From a virus (Duplodnaviria; Caudoviricetes), in IMG/VR virus record IMGVR_UViG_3300033120_000337, positions 8,448-72,447 of that record: DNA of 64,000 bases; one strand, 5' to 3'. Position 1 is the stretch's first letter. Each line of letters starts with the position of its first letter. The notes beneath the pieces are model-generated. The model was not told the DNA's origin. It made no database searches and saw only the letters and a list, made by a program, of their open reading frames with translations. Positions 43,866-53,151 of this stretch are shown piece by piece. Both the position numbers and the translations under genes were made by a program.

Positions 43866-45191
43866 ATGACGACAACAGAAGCGCCTAAGACTGAATCTCT
43901 GCTGAAGACAACCAAGAAGAACAAGGCTGCTGCCAAGACTGCCACAAAGGATTCTGTGGTGGTGAGTCCTTTGGCTCGGGCTCGTGCAGCTTTGAAGGTG
44001 ATTCTCAAAGAAGACCATGTCACCCCTCTCACAGAGAATCAGCTCAACTCTTCAATGCCACACATCCCAACGGGATCCATTATCATCGACTGGCAGATTG
44101 GTGGCAAGAAGAACAACCGAGGTGTTTCCCCATGCCCAGGTCTCCCAAGAGGGAAGATCATCAACGTCTACGGCAGTGCTGGAGCTGGGAAGACAACGCT
44201 TGCTCTTACTGCGGCCGCGACTGTGTGCGCTGCTGGCGGGACCTGCGTTTACATTGACTGGGAAAATGAGGTAGAGCCTCGTTACGCCGAGTCCATTGGA
44301 GTTCCTGTCAAGGATGATTCCAGATTCCTTTTGTTCCAGCCCAACACGCTGGAAGAAGGCATGAAGATCATGGTGCAGATGGCGAGTGAGGGCGTGGACC
44401 TCATCGTCGTTGACTCAGTAGGCGCGGGTGTCCCCCACGACTTCTACCATCGCAAGATTGAAGAAGAGGGAGACCAGGGTCGCATTGGTCTAGTGGCTAG
44501 CAAGTGGAGCCAATTCCTACCCAAGTTCAAGAGCTTGATTGCCAGGAGTGGATCCGTAGTTCTTGGTATTTCTCAGCTGAGAAAGACCATTGCTGCTGGT
44601 GGTCATGGTCCGGACTCTGCTGCTCAGGGTGGCGAGGCCTGGAAGTTCTACTCTGCGGTCCGCATGATGCTTCGAGTATTCTCGAAGGAGAAGACAAAGC
44701 AGTTCAATCACTTGACTGCAAAGGTCGAAGAGGTTGTGACGGGCACTATCGTCCTCTGCAAGTTGGAGAAATGCAAAGTCTCCGATTCAGTTTGGAGCGA
44801 GCAGAAATTCTACCTCCGGTCTGGTTCTGGCATCGACAACAATAGGTCTGTGATTGACCTTGCCATAACCTACAAGATCATCGTCAAGTCTGGTGCTTGG
44901 TACGAGTGGTTGGGTGCTCCTGGGGGCGCCATCAAGAGTCAGGGAGTGGAAGCTCTCATAAAAATGATCTCTGAACGTCCGAATGGTCTTCATGCTCTCT
45001 TCCAACAGGTTATCCCGAAGTTGTCAGCTCAACCAAAGGTGGAACCATCCACAGTTGAGGATGATGATGGAGTTCCCGAAGACTTGTTCGCAGACTTTGT
45101 CCCTTTGACAGATGACGAGAAGAAGAAGGCTCAGGAAGAGGCTGAGAGCGTCATTGAGTTGGAGTCTGAGTCTGAGTCTGAAAGCCCCTAG
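43866..45191 (+). CDS. recA: RecA/UvsX-like recombinase
   Basis: IPTGS, YGSAGAGKTT, YIDWEN, VVDSVGA, ISQLR, GGEAWKFYSAVR and GAWY motifs. Confidence 0.92.
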   Translation: MTTTEAPKTESLLKTTKKNKAAAKTATKDSVVVSPLARARAALKVILKEDHVTPLTENQLNSSMPHIPTGSIIIDWQIGGKKNNRGVSPCPGLPRGKIINVYGSAGAGKTTLALTAAATVCAAGGTCVYIDWENEVEPRYAESIGVPVKDDSRFLLFQPNTLEEGMKIMVQMASEGVDLIVVDSVGAGVPHDFYHRKIEEEGDQGRIGLVASKWSQFLPKFKSLIARSGSVVLGISQLRKTIAAGGHGPDSAAQGGEAWKFYSAVRMMLRVFSKEKTKQFNHLTAKVEEVVTGTIVLCKLEKCKVSDSVWSEQKFYLRSGSGIDNNRSVIDLAITYKIIVKSGAWYEWLGAPGGAIKSQGVEALIKMISERPNGLHALFQQVIPKLSAQPKVEPSTVEDDDGVPEDLFADFVPLTDDEKKKAQEEAESVIELESESESESP

Positions 45192-45193
45192 TC

Positions 45194-46417
45194 ATGCCCT
45201 TCAAGGTTCACGTACAAAACTTCCAGTCGATCGGGGATGTCATTGTTGAGGTTTCGGGTCTCACTGTCATTACAGGACCCAACAACTCAGGCAAGACAGC
45301 CCTGATCAGATCTATTCACGGTGCGTTTACGAACGCTCGTGGAACCTCATTTGTTCGTCAAGGTGAGAGTAGTGCACAAGTGGAGGTTTTGTTCTCGGAC
45401 GGCAGGAGTCTTGTTTGGGAGAAGGGTCCGAAGGTAAACCGATACGAGATTGATGGGGCCCCCTTGAACAGAGTAGGGGCGGGGGTTCCATCTGAGGTTG
45501 GTACGCTAGGTGTCACTTCCATTGAGGCTGCTGGAAGGGAACTGTGGCCTCAGTTTGCTCAACAGTTTGTTGGACAGATCTTCCTTCTCAATGAGCCAGG
45601 TTCTGTTTTGGCTGAAGCCATTGCGAACGTGGATAAAGTAGGGGTGTTGAACGAGGCTCTTCGTTTCTCTCAAACAGATCGTAGGTCCGCTCAGGCGGAA
45701 TTGAAATTGCGTCAAGAGGATGTCTCTACCCAGGAGGCAAATCTTGCTTTTTTCAACGGCTTGGATGACATCGTCTCAAAAATAGAAATGTTGAAGACCA
45801 TGGAGGCTGAGAACTCTAAGGCCAAGGCCCATCTTGAGGTTCTTTCGAATCTTGCTCTCAAGTGGCGTCAGGTATCGGGTGAGGTATCCCATCTAGCTCT
45901 CGTGAGAGAGACCTTCAAAGTAGAAACCCACTTTGAAACCACTCTGCGAGACTACCAAGCCTCGTTGAGTTCCCTAGTCAAACTGAAAGCACAACTTGCT
46001 TCAGGTGAGGCTGCTGTTTCTTCTTTGTCTTCTGTTCGGTCTCTACCTGTACTGGATAGTTCTCTCCACACTCGTGTGGAGAGAACTAATGCTGCTTTGG
46101 TGTGGGCGAGAGACCTTGAACAGAGGTTGGTCAAGGCTAGACATGAGAGAGATCAGGCTTCTAAGGCCTTAGATGTGGCTCAAAAATCCAACCTTCCAGA
46201 GCTTACCAACATCCAGTCTTCATACAGACAACTTCAGGAGTTGTCTGCCTTATCCAAGAAGTGGAGAGATGCTGTCAAGTCTGTGGAAGACCTCAAGGTC
46301 AGCAATGCAGAGTCACTTCGAGATTACTTGAAGTCAGAAGCTGAACTGAAGTCTTTGTTCCAAGAGTCTGGTCAATGTCCCTTTTGCGGAGTTCCCCATG
46401 AAAATCATTCTTGCTAG
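45194..46417 (+). CDS. SbcC/Rad50-like ATPase, N-terminal half (Walker A, coiled coil, zinc hook)
   Basis: VQNFQSI, GPNNSGKTAL, coiled coil, ends at CPFCG; no Walker B. Confidence 0.85.
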   Translation: MPFKVHVQNFQSIGDVIVEVSGLTVITGPNNSGKTALIRSIHGAFTNARGTSFVRQGESSAQVEVLFSDGRSLVWEKGPKVNRYEIDGAPLNRVGAGVPSEVGTLGVTSIEAAGRELWPQFAQQFVGQIFLLNEPGSVLAEAIANVDKVGVLNEALRFSQTDRRSAQAELKLRQEDVSTQEANLAFFNGLDDIVSKIEMLKTMEAENSKAKAHLEVLSNLALKWRQVSGEVSHLALVRETFKVETHFETTLRDYQASLSSLVKLKAQLASGEAAVSSLSSVRSLPVLDSSLHTRVERTNAALVWARDLEQRLVKARHERDQASKALDVAQKSNLPELTNIQSSYRQLQELSALSKKWRDAVKSVEDLKVSNAESLRDYLKSEAELKSLFQESGQCPFCGVPHENHSC

Positions 46418-46637
46418 TCTGGTAGCTTTCCTAGTTGGCTGCCCCTCACTTCCAGCACCAAGTGGGTGTGCTCCTCGCACCTCAATGTGTCAGGACAACA
46501 GACCCTTTGTGTGCTCGGGGACTCAACGATGGACTCAGGTGGGGGATGCTCCATGTGATGAAGTGGGTGGAGTCTGTTGCATGACCTCTGAAGGGGTACA
46601 TGCATGCGTTCAACCGTCATCCTGTACCGGAGAGTGA
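46398..46637 (+). CDS. small Cys-rich putative lipoprotein
   Basis: Signal peptide with LVGC lipobox-like site plus eight further Cys. Confidence 0.6.
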   Translation: MKIILASLVAFLVGCPSLPAPSGCAPRTSMCQDNRPFVCSGTQRWTQVGDAPCDEVGGVCCMTSEGVHACVQPSSCTGE

Positions 46638-46638
46638 C

Positions 46639-47241
46639 ATGGTCCTTCATGAAATGGTCAAAGGGTTTTCGAACCATATGCTCTCTAAGTTTGGGGCTAC
46701 TCTTGTCCCAAAAGAGGACTCTCTTGAGATGAAGGCAATTGCCATAGGCATGGACCTGGGCAACTTCATCGGAATGGGCGGTCTCGCATCTAGTGAGTCC
46801 TTCATGACTCGATACACGACAACTCTGGGCACCAACATCTACATGCCCAAGGCTCATCGAGAGGATCTACTCTTGTTCCTTGAAATTCTGACTCATGAGT
46901 GTCAGCACGTGATTCAGTTCAAGGAGTCAGGAGTAGAGTTTGCGTGGCTCTATCTCTCTGAGCCTGAAGCCCGCGTGAAGTATGAGGCTGACGCTTATGC
47001 TGCTGGGATTGCAGTCACTCAGTGGTTGACTGGGAGCGTGCCCCTAGAGATGGCTGAGTGGGTTGTGAAGTCTCTTGTGGAGGGGTACCACCTTCGGCGC
47101 GAGGATGCTGAATTGGCTGCGGATTTGATCAAATCTCACATGGTTTCATTGACCAATGGGATGGTGATGTCTCGATCCGCACGCGAGGCCATCGCCTATT
47201 TGGAATCCAACTACGGTGATCTAAAGGGCGCCTTCCGATGA
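46639..47241 (+). CDS. HExxH zinc metallopeptidase-like protein
   Basis: ILTHECQHVIQF...YEADAY. Confidence 0.7.
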   Translation: MVLHEMVKGFSNHMLSKFGATLVPKEDSLEMKAIAIGMDLGNFIGMGGLASSESFMTRYTTTLGTNIYMPKAHREDLLLFLEILTHECQHVIQFKESGVEFAWLYLSEPEARVKYEADAYAAGIAVTQWLTGSVPLEMAEWVVKSLVEGYHLRREDAELAADLIKSHMVSLTNGMVMSRSAREAIAYLESNYGDLKGAFR

Positions 47242-47804
47242 ATGAAATCTACGTAAGCGTGGACATCGAGTGTGATGGTCCTTGCCCAGGGCTGAACTCG
47301 ATGCTTTCAATTGGGGCCGTGGCTTTTGACCCAAAGAGAGGTGAGGGGCTGGAAGCCATTGTAGGCCAGTTCACCGTGAACTTGGAGACTCTCACAGGGG
47401 CTTCCCCAGACCAAGACACATCCAACTGGTGGGCTCAGAATCCAGAAGCCTTTTCTCGCTGTCGAGAGGATCTTGAGAGTGTTTGGGTAGCACTCCCAAG
47501 ATTTGCAGATTGGTTGGAAAGCCTGCCTGGAAAACCAATCTTTGTTGGATACCCAGCAGGATTCGACTTCACTTTCATTTACTGGTACTTGCACAACTTC
47601 GCTGGACGTAATCCATTCGTCCGCAATGCGATTGATCTGGAGACCTATGTGATGGCTCTCCAGAACTGCGGGTACTTGGAATCGGGTCCAGAAAACTGGC
47701 CTAGTCATTGGGCGGATACCTCTGCAAAGACCTCACACGTAGCTCTTGAGGATGCTTTGCAGAATGGTCTTTTGTTCCTCCGTATCCTTTCCCATTCAAG
47801 GTGA
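47238..47804 (+). CDS. DEDDh 3'-5' exonuclease/exoribonuclease
   Basis: VSVDIECDG, AGFDFTF and HVALEDA motifs. Confidence 0.88.
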   Translation: MNEIYVSVDIECDGPCPGLNSMLSIGAVAFDPKRGEGLEAIVGQFTVNLETLTGASPDQDTSNWWAQNPEAFSRCREDLESVWVALPRFADWLESLPGKPIFVGYPAGFDFTFIYWYLHNFAGRNPFVRNAIDLETYVMALQNCGYLESGPENWPSHWADTSAKTSHVALEDALQNGLLFLRILSHSR

Positions 47805-47810
47805 TGTTCC

Positions 47811-48791
47811 ATGACAGTCACTCTGATTTGGCGCACAGACGTGCACCTATCTGATCACACACCTAGGTCCAGAAAGGATGTTTGGACTGACACAGTCCTA
47901 TCCAAGCTGGAGCAGGTAGGCGAGATTGCAAAAGAGAAGGGCGCGTTGGCTGTCATTGATGGCGGAGACTTCTTCGATATCAAGTCACCCACTCGAAACT
48001 CTCACTCTCTTGTTCGCCGTGTGATGGAGCTTCATCGAAGCTACCCTTGTCCCATCTATGCCAACGTGGGCAACCATGATTGCGTCTATGGCGACTACTC
48101 TTACTTGCCGCAACAGCCTCTCGGGGTGTTGTTCGGTTCAGGTGTGTTCCAACGTTGCTATGACGAACATGAGGTGGTTTTCACAGACCCTCAGTCACCG
48201 ATGACAGTTCGAGTGGTTGGTGTCCCATACCATGGGACCACCTACGACATGTCCAGGTTCGCACGCATTCGTAAGGGCTCTGAAGACTACCTCGTTGTCA
48301 TTGCTCACGTCCTGGCTTCTCCTTCAGGAGGTGCTCTGTTCGATTCCGAGGATGTGATCAAGTACAACGACTTGGACCAATTCGAGGGGGATGTCTTCTG
48401 CTTTGGGCATTGGCACAAAGATCAGGGGATCACACGGACTCCAAAAGGTAAGACTGTGATCAACACAGGCTCCATGACACGTGGAAGCCTGGCTCAAGAT
48501 GACTTGAGTCGGGTGCCCGCAGTGGTGAGTTTGCAGTTTGACTTGGTCTCTGGCTTCTCTTGTCAGAAGGTACCTCTTCGGCATGCTCCCTCAAGCGAGG
48601 TGTTCGATCTTGAAGCTCGGGATCTGAAGGATCTCAGAGAAGGCATGATTGAGGAGTTCGTGGACAACCTCAAAACTATCCTGTCGAAGGGCTCCGAGCG
48701 TTCTGTGCGTGATGCTATTCGAGACCTTCCGGGAGTCCCTGTCCAGGTCCGAGAGCAAGCTCTTTTGTACGTAGAGAAAGCTGGTGGGTAG
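47811..48791 (+). CDS. SbcD/Mre11-like metallophosphoesterase nuclease
   Basis: TDVH, GGDFFD, VGNHD and FGHWH motifs. Confidence 0.9.
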   Translation: MTVTLIWRTDVHLSDHTPRSRKDVWTDTVLSKLEQVGEIAKEKGALAVIDGGDFFDIKSPTRNSHSLVRRVMELHRSYPCPIYANVGNHDCVYGDYSYLPQQPLGVLFGSGVFQRCYDEHEVVFTDPQSPMTVRVVGVPYHGTTYDMSRFARIRKGSEDYLVVIAHVLASPSGGALFDSEDVIKYNDLDQFEGDVFCFGHWHKDQGITRTPKGKTVINTGSMTRGSLAQDDLSRVPAVVSLQFDLVSGFSCQKVPLRHAPSSEVFDLEARDLKDLREGMIEEFVDNLKTILSKGSERSVRDAIRDLPGVPVQVREQALLYVEKAGG

Positions 48792-48793
48792 TC

Positions 48794-49777
48794 ATGGCCA
48801 TGGATCCATTGTGGTGGAGCAACTTGGAGGCCTACGAGGAGTGTCCTCAGAAATTTCTCTGGAAGAGAGGCTGGGGGGTTATCGACTTGGGGCGGGGTCC
48901 AGGAAGAGGCAAGCCACTGCCTGATGAAAAGACCTCCCAACACAACTCCTTGATGGGCCATGTCTTGTCTGAGGCAATTGAACGTCTCTACAATGACGAG
49001 CTGTGGAGGGACCCTTCAACTCTTGTAGCAAAGCTCTCAGAGATTGTCGCAAAGGACTTCGCTATTCGGATCGCGAAGGGTGCGTACATCAAGTACGATG
49101 AGAACTGGATTGAGGGTGGGAAGGAGAGGTGGGATTTAGCCCCACCAAAACACATTCTCCTGAAGACATGTACAGACGGGATTCTGAACTACCTGAAGAC
49201 GATGAAACGTAACCGTCTTCTTGGTCCATACGCAAAATCCGAGGTGGATATCAAAGCCTCCATTGACAAGGACAATCCTATAGCAGGACGTCCTGACATC
49301 TTGATCACTCGGGATGACACTGGGACATCCATCCTTGATGGAAAGAACTCAAGGAACCCTGGTCGACACACCAACCCAGATCAGCTCAGGTGGTACGCAC
49401 TGTGTTACTACCTTGCTTTCCACAAGCTTCCAGACCGTCTGGCTTTTGTCTACTTTCGGTACCCTGAAGGAAACCCACCTCCAGAAGGTCATGAAGGCTC
49501 AAAAGAGTCTTGGACTGGACTAGTTGATGTCCCAGTTGTGAAAGAGGATCTCAAGGTCCTTGCTCAACGAGCTGTCAACACACGCAGGATGATGTTGAAG
49601 GAGTATTTCGAAGCTACTCCGTCGACGAAAGCTTGTGGATTCTGTGATTTCAAGCCTGTTTGTACCGAACACGCAGCTTGGAAGCAAGCAAATGCCCGCA
49701 AGCCAAAAGAGCCTGTGGGTGAAGTCGAGAAGAAAATAGCCAACTCCGTTGGTTTTGTGTTCTTTGGTGGCGACTAA
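48794..49777 (+). CDS. PD-(D/E)xK exonuclease (RecB/Cas4-like)
   Basis: ECPQKF, GRPDIL, ILDGKNS, QLRWYAL and CGFCDFKPVC motifs. Confidence 0.85.
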   Translation: MAMDPLWWSNLEAYEECPQKFLWKRGWGVIDLGRGPGRGKPLPDEKTSQHNSLMGHVLSEAIERLYNDELWRDPSTLVAKLSEIVAKDFAIRIAKGAYIKYDENWIEGGKERWDLAPPKHILLKTCTDGILNYLKTMKRNRLLGPYAKSEVDIKASIDKDNPIAGRPDILITRDDTGTSILDGKNSRNPGRHTNPDQLRWYALCYYLAFHKLPDRLAFVYFRYPEGNPPPEGHEGSKESWTGLVDVPVVKEDLKVLAQRAVNTRRMMLKEYFEATPSTKACGFCDFKPVCTEHAAWKQANARKPKEPVGEVEKKIANSVGFVFFGGD

Positions 49778-49809
49778 TTCCACTCCAGACAGTAAGAAGA
49801 AGAGGTAGT

Positions 49810-50073
49810 GTGACAGACCTGAAAGTAAGAATCGAGTCCTGCATCAAGCGTAGAGATGCTTCCCAATCGCAGAAGGAAAGAGCCCTTGGACGCTTAGAGG
49901 AGGCAGAGAAAAACCTTGAGAGCATCCGTAAGGAGCTTCTTGAGAAGAAGATCGAGCCTGAGCGGTTAGACGAGACAATCCAAAAGCTAGAGGCTTCCTT
50001 GCAAGCTTCAGTTACAGATTTTGAAACTCAGGTTACTGAGTTAGAGAGATCAATCAAACCCTTCGTTCAGTAA
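49810..50073 (+). CDS. coiled-coil protein (possibly part of the split SbcC)
   Basis: 87 aa continuous heptad pattern. Confidence 0.55.
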   Translation: MTDLKVRIESCIKRRDASQSQKERALGRLEEAEKNLESIRKELLEKKIEPERLDETIQKLEASLQASVTDFETQVTELERSIKPFVQ

Positions 50074-50109
50074 TGATCCCCGCAGCACTCAGCAACAGTA
50101 GGAGTTTCT

Positions 50110-51276
50110 ATGAAGTTTGACGTAGCCAAACGTGACCTTGAGTCGGCTCTCCGAGTCGTTTCCCACACTGTCTCTATGGGTGGATCTGACATTTCCTCCC
50201 ACTACCTATTTCGTCGATCAGGTGAGAAGTTGGAGGTTCTCTCCTACAACGGACGTGTCTTCTCCTCCTGTCCTGTCGTTGCGACATTCGAAGGTGATGA
50301 CACCTCTTTCACGATTGAGGCAAAGAGAGTTCATCTCCTATTGGATGCTGTGTCAGATGACTCAGTCTTGACCGTGGACGGAACTGGCGAGGTCTCTGCC
50401 AACACCCGAAAGGGGAAAAACGTTTTCTCCAGCCTGGACCCAGAACTTTTCCCTTACTGGGATCAGTTGTTGGAGGGCGCCACCAACTCAGCAACAGTCC
50501 CCGCAGAGCGAATTTCCGCTGCACTATCTCATGCGAAGTCTTTCGTCTACTCGGATGAGGCCAAAAGCCCGCATTTGTGTGTGGCAGAATTCCGAAAGGG
50601 TTGTGTGTTCAGCACAGATCAGATGGGTGCCAGCGTCGTGAAGGTTGCTGGTATGGAGTCATCTGAGGCTCGAATTTTTGGAAAGGACATTGGTGCCATC
50701 CTGTCTTTCCTTTCTACATTCAAAACGAAACCTGTGAAGTCTGCTGATGGTGCTGCGAAGGCAGACCCTGTTGAGGTTCAGATTTTTGAGTGCGAGAAGG
50801 CTCTGTTCTTCCGTAGAGGTGATGGGGCTATCTTTGGTGAATCCAAGTTCTCACACCGTTTTCCGGAAGTCACTGTGGATTGGGATGACCTCTCAGACGA
50901 ACATTGGTTTGAACTCAACAAAGTAGAGGTTGCGGACACAATCAAGTTCCTTGCTGCTGGAGCCAAATGGGATGACATCAAGGTCTTTATTGATCTGAGG
51001 CCAGGTTCTGTAGTCTTCTCAATGAAAGCCGCAAATGGGAAGGCAATCTCTTCGGAGGTCTCAACAAAGGCTCAAGGGTCTTCCTCCACAGAAACGTTGC
51101 CTGAGAATGGGTTCCCAGTAGCCAACACCTACATCATGCACCTTTTGTCAAGTGTGAGCGGAGACACTGTTAGGTTTGGTGTCACGAAGAAGGGCAAGGG
51201 TGGGTGGATTCGGGTACTGGATATTCGTGGTGAAGACTCATACCTGACGACTGTGGCATGGCTCAAAGTCGCTTGA
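50110..51276 (+). CDS. dnaN: DNA polymerase III beta sliding clamp-like protein
   Basis: 388 aa three-domain size; MKFDVAKRDL..AL start, ELFPY, STDQ; clamp-loader genes nearby. Confidence 0.75.
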   Translation: MKFDVAKRDLESALRVVSHTVSMGGSDISSHYLFRRSGEKLEVLSYNGRVFSSCPVVATFEGDDTSFTIEAKRVHLLLDAVSDDSVLTVDGTGEVSANTRKGKNVFSSLDPELFPYWDQLLEGATNSATVPAERISAALSHAKSFVYSDEAKSPHLCVAEFRKGCVFSTDQMGASVVKVAGMESSEARIFGKDIGAILSFLSTFKTKPVKSADGAAKADPVEVQIFECEKALFFRRGDGAIFGESKFSHRFPEVTVDWDDLSDEHWFELNKVEVADTIKFLAAGAKWDDIKVFIDLRPGSVVFSMKAANGKAISSEVSTKAQGSSSTETLPENGFPVANTYIMHLLSSVSGDTVRFGVTKKGKGGWIRVLDIRGEDSYLTTVAWLKVA

Positions 51277-51887
51277 CATCTTTGTCTGAGGATCTCTCGA
51301 AGATCCTTGGGCGTCGTGACGCGGTTCGGGAATCTCTTCAGGCTTCCCGAGCTTCGGTTCGAGTTCTAGCGGAAAAAGTGGATCTTCTGGATCTAGTCTC
51401 GGCTCTCCTGCGTTCTCTGATCGACGCCGAGATCACTGAGGGTGTAAAGGCAATCGAAACCCTACAGACTGAGGGTGTTCGAGCTGTCTTTGATGACCAG
51501 GACCTCTCCGTACGTGCTGATGTTGAGGTTCTCCGAGGCAAGGTGAACGTTTCTCTTCTCACTTCTCAAAAGAAGGGTGGGGAGACCATCGAGAGCGCGA
51601 GCTTGGATGGTTTTGGCGGAGCCGTTTCGACAGTACAGTCTGTGCTTCTTCGGCTGGCTCTGATCTTTCGTAGAGGTCTACGTCCCGTCTTGTTCTTGGA
51701 TGAGAGTCTCCCTGCGTTTGATGAGAAGTATGTCTTGAACATGGCTTCATTCCTGAAAACTCTGTGCGCTCGGACTGGTGTAGACATCCTACTTGTCACA
51801 CACAACCCTCTCTTGGTGGAGGCTGCTGACCGTGCGTATCGAATTCGTAGGGATAAGGACCAAGCTTCTTTCCATAGGATTCGATAG
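51258..51887 (+). CDS. SbcC/Rad50-like ATPase, C-terminal half
   Basis: Signature-like DGFGG, Walker B LFLDE, D-loop PAFD and H-loop LLVTH. Confidence 0.85.
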   Translation: MAQSRLTSLSEDLSKILGRRDAVRESLQASRASVRVLAEKVDLLDLVSALLRSLIDAEITEGVKAIETLQTEGVRAVFDDQDLSVRADVEVLRGKVNVSLLTSQKKGGETIESASLDGFGGAVSTVQSVLLRLALIFRRGLRPVLFLDESLPAFDEKYVLNMASFLKTLCARTGVDILLVTHNPLLVEAADRAYRIRRDKDQASFHRIR

Positions 51888-51919
51888 GGGAGATTTATGA
51901 CTGAATTCGTTCTAGGAAA

Positions 51920-51946
51920 TGGATGTGCTGATCCAACCACTCAGCA
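51920..51946 (+). promoter_or_regulatory. repeated pseudoknot motif, copy 7
   Basis: TGGAT-G-TGCTG-ATCCA-ACCACT-CAGCA, 17 nt upstream of ATG 51964. Confidence 0.7.
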
Positions 51947-51963
51947 ACCGAAAGAGTAACCAG

Positions 51964-52620
51964 ATGCAAAATGACCCCAACAATCCGTTGAGTCTTATCT
52001 CCTCGGAGGCGGAGTCTCCCAAAGAAGTCTTGGATGCATCTCCCAAAGAAGTCCTCTTGGATGCATCTTCGCTACTGAAGACTCGGATGAAGTCTGAGGC
52101 TCAGATCAAACACAAACTCTCTCAGGTTCGGTTCAGACATCTGAAGAGGGAGGTGCGAAATGGTCTCTCTCGAAAGAGTTCAAACTGCATCCACAATGGA
52201 GTTCTGGAAGGTCCTGGTCGTCCCGTTGGTGTCTGTCTCCTTGGTTCAGAGGATCCAAAGTCCTGGGATGGAGGAGTATGCGATGATTCTGGAGACCGGG
52301 CAGGGTCTTGTCCCAGCTTTTCTTGTCGCAACTCAAAAGAGAAATTGAAGCAGGACTTCAATGATTTTCTGAGGGATTCAGACATAGCTCATGTGGCTGC
52401 GGAGTACCCAGATATCGCAGCCCTCCTTTGGGTTCTGGCTCCTGAGTCTGTTTCGGAACTGGAATCCGAGATGGATCTGGAGTCAGATTTTGAATCTGAG
52501 TCTAGTCCAGAGCCCAAGCCTGACCCAGAGCCTAAGCCTGAAATGGGTCTAGCTTTGGTGTCCAAAAAACCCCCACCATCTGATTTTTGGTCTTGGTTGA
52601 CCTACTGGTTTGGTATTTGA
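51964..52620 (+). CDS. hypothetical protein with Cys cluster and acidic/Pro-rich tail
   Basis: ORF with five Cys in the core and an EPKPDPEPKPE tract. Confidence 0.6.
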   Translation: MQNDPNNPLSLISSEAESPKEVLDASPKEVLLDASSLLKTRMKSEAQIKHKLSQVRFRHLKREVRNGLSRKSSNCIHNGVLEGPGRPVGVCLLGSEDPKSWDGGVCDDSGDRAGSCPSFSCRNSKEKLKQDFNDFLRDSDIAHVAAEYPDIAALLWVLAPESVSELESEMDLESDFESESSPEPKPDPEPKPEMGLALVSKKPPPSDFWSWLTYWFGI

Positions 52621-52623
52621 ATC

Positions 52624-53151
52624 ATGGTTGAGCTTCTCCCCAGAGTTCCTGTAGCCGAGATGCAGCCAAAGAAGATACCCTTTATGGTGGAGGTTGAAGT
52701 CCACCCAGAGGGTCAACCATTTTTGGTGAGTGGGACCAAAACTCTGCTGTGGGTTGGTAGCTCAAAGACAGGAGTTCTCAGGGCTGCTGTACGCTCCGAC
52801 GAACAGCCAGATCCACTTACAATCATCAGTGAAGTGGCTCATAGGGGTGCTGAAGATCAGTGGGAGAACTCTTTCCCTTACACAGCTGTTGGTGTGGGCA
52901 AGGCCATTTCATACGTGCGTTCCTATGGTATCTCAGAGTTGGATTTGCTTGTCCCGAGTGACTACGCCTTTCCTCCCCCCAAAAAGAAGAGCGTGAATCT
53001 CGTACCAACTTCATGGATGCCATCAGGGCGAGTTGTCGTAGTCCCCTCAGATCGTTCCTACTTGGGGACAATCCGTACTCTTGGAGAGAAGCATTGGATT
53101 CTGCTAGTTCACAATCCCAGTCGGGGTATGGCGGTGTCGGGAAGCTGGTAA
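52624..53151 (+). CDS. hypothetical protein
   Basis: 175 aa ORF in the operon. Confidence 0.6.
   Translation: MVELLPRVPVAEMQPKKIPFMVEVEVHPEGQPFLVSGTKTLLWVGSSKTGVLRAAVRSDEQPDPLTIISEVAHRGAEDQWENSFPYTAVGVGKAISYVRSYGISELDLLVPSDYAFPPPKKKSVNLVPTSWMPSGRVVVVPSDRSYLGTIRTLGEKHWILLVHNPSRGMAVSGSW

Noticed and set aside
34628-45191. Inteins or introns in nrdA, nrdB, recD2 or recA
   Set aside because: Protein lengths are normal, with no C..HN intein ends or LAGLIDADG motifs.
48794-49777. CRISPR-Cas association of the Cas4-like nuclease, and the 27-nt repeats as a CRISPR array
   Set aside because: There are no cas genes, and the repeats are dispersed over 28 kb without regular spacers.
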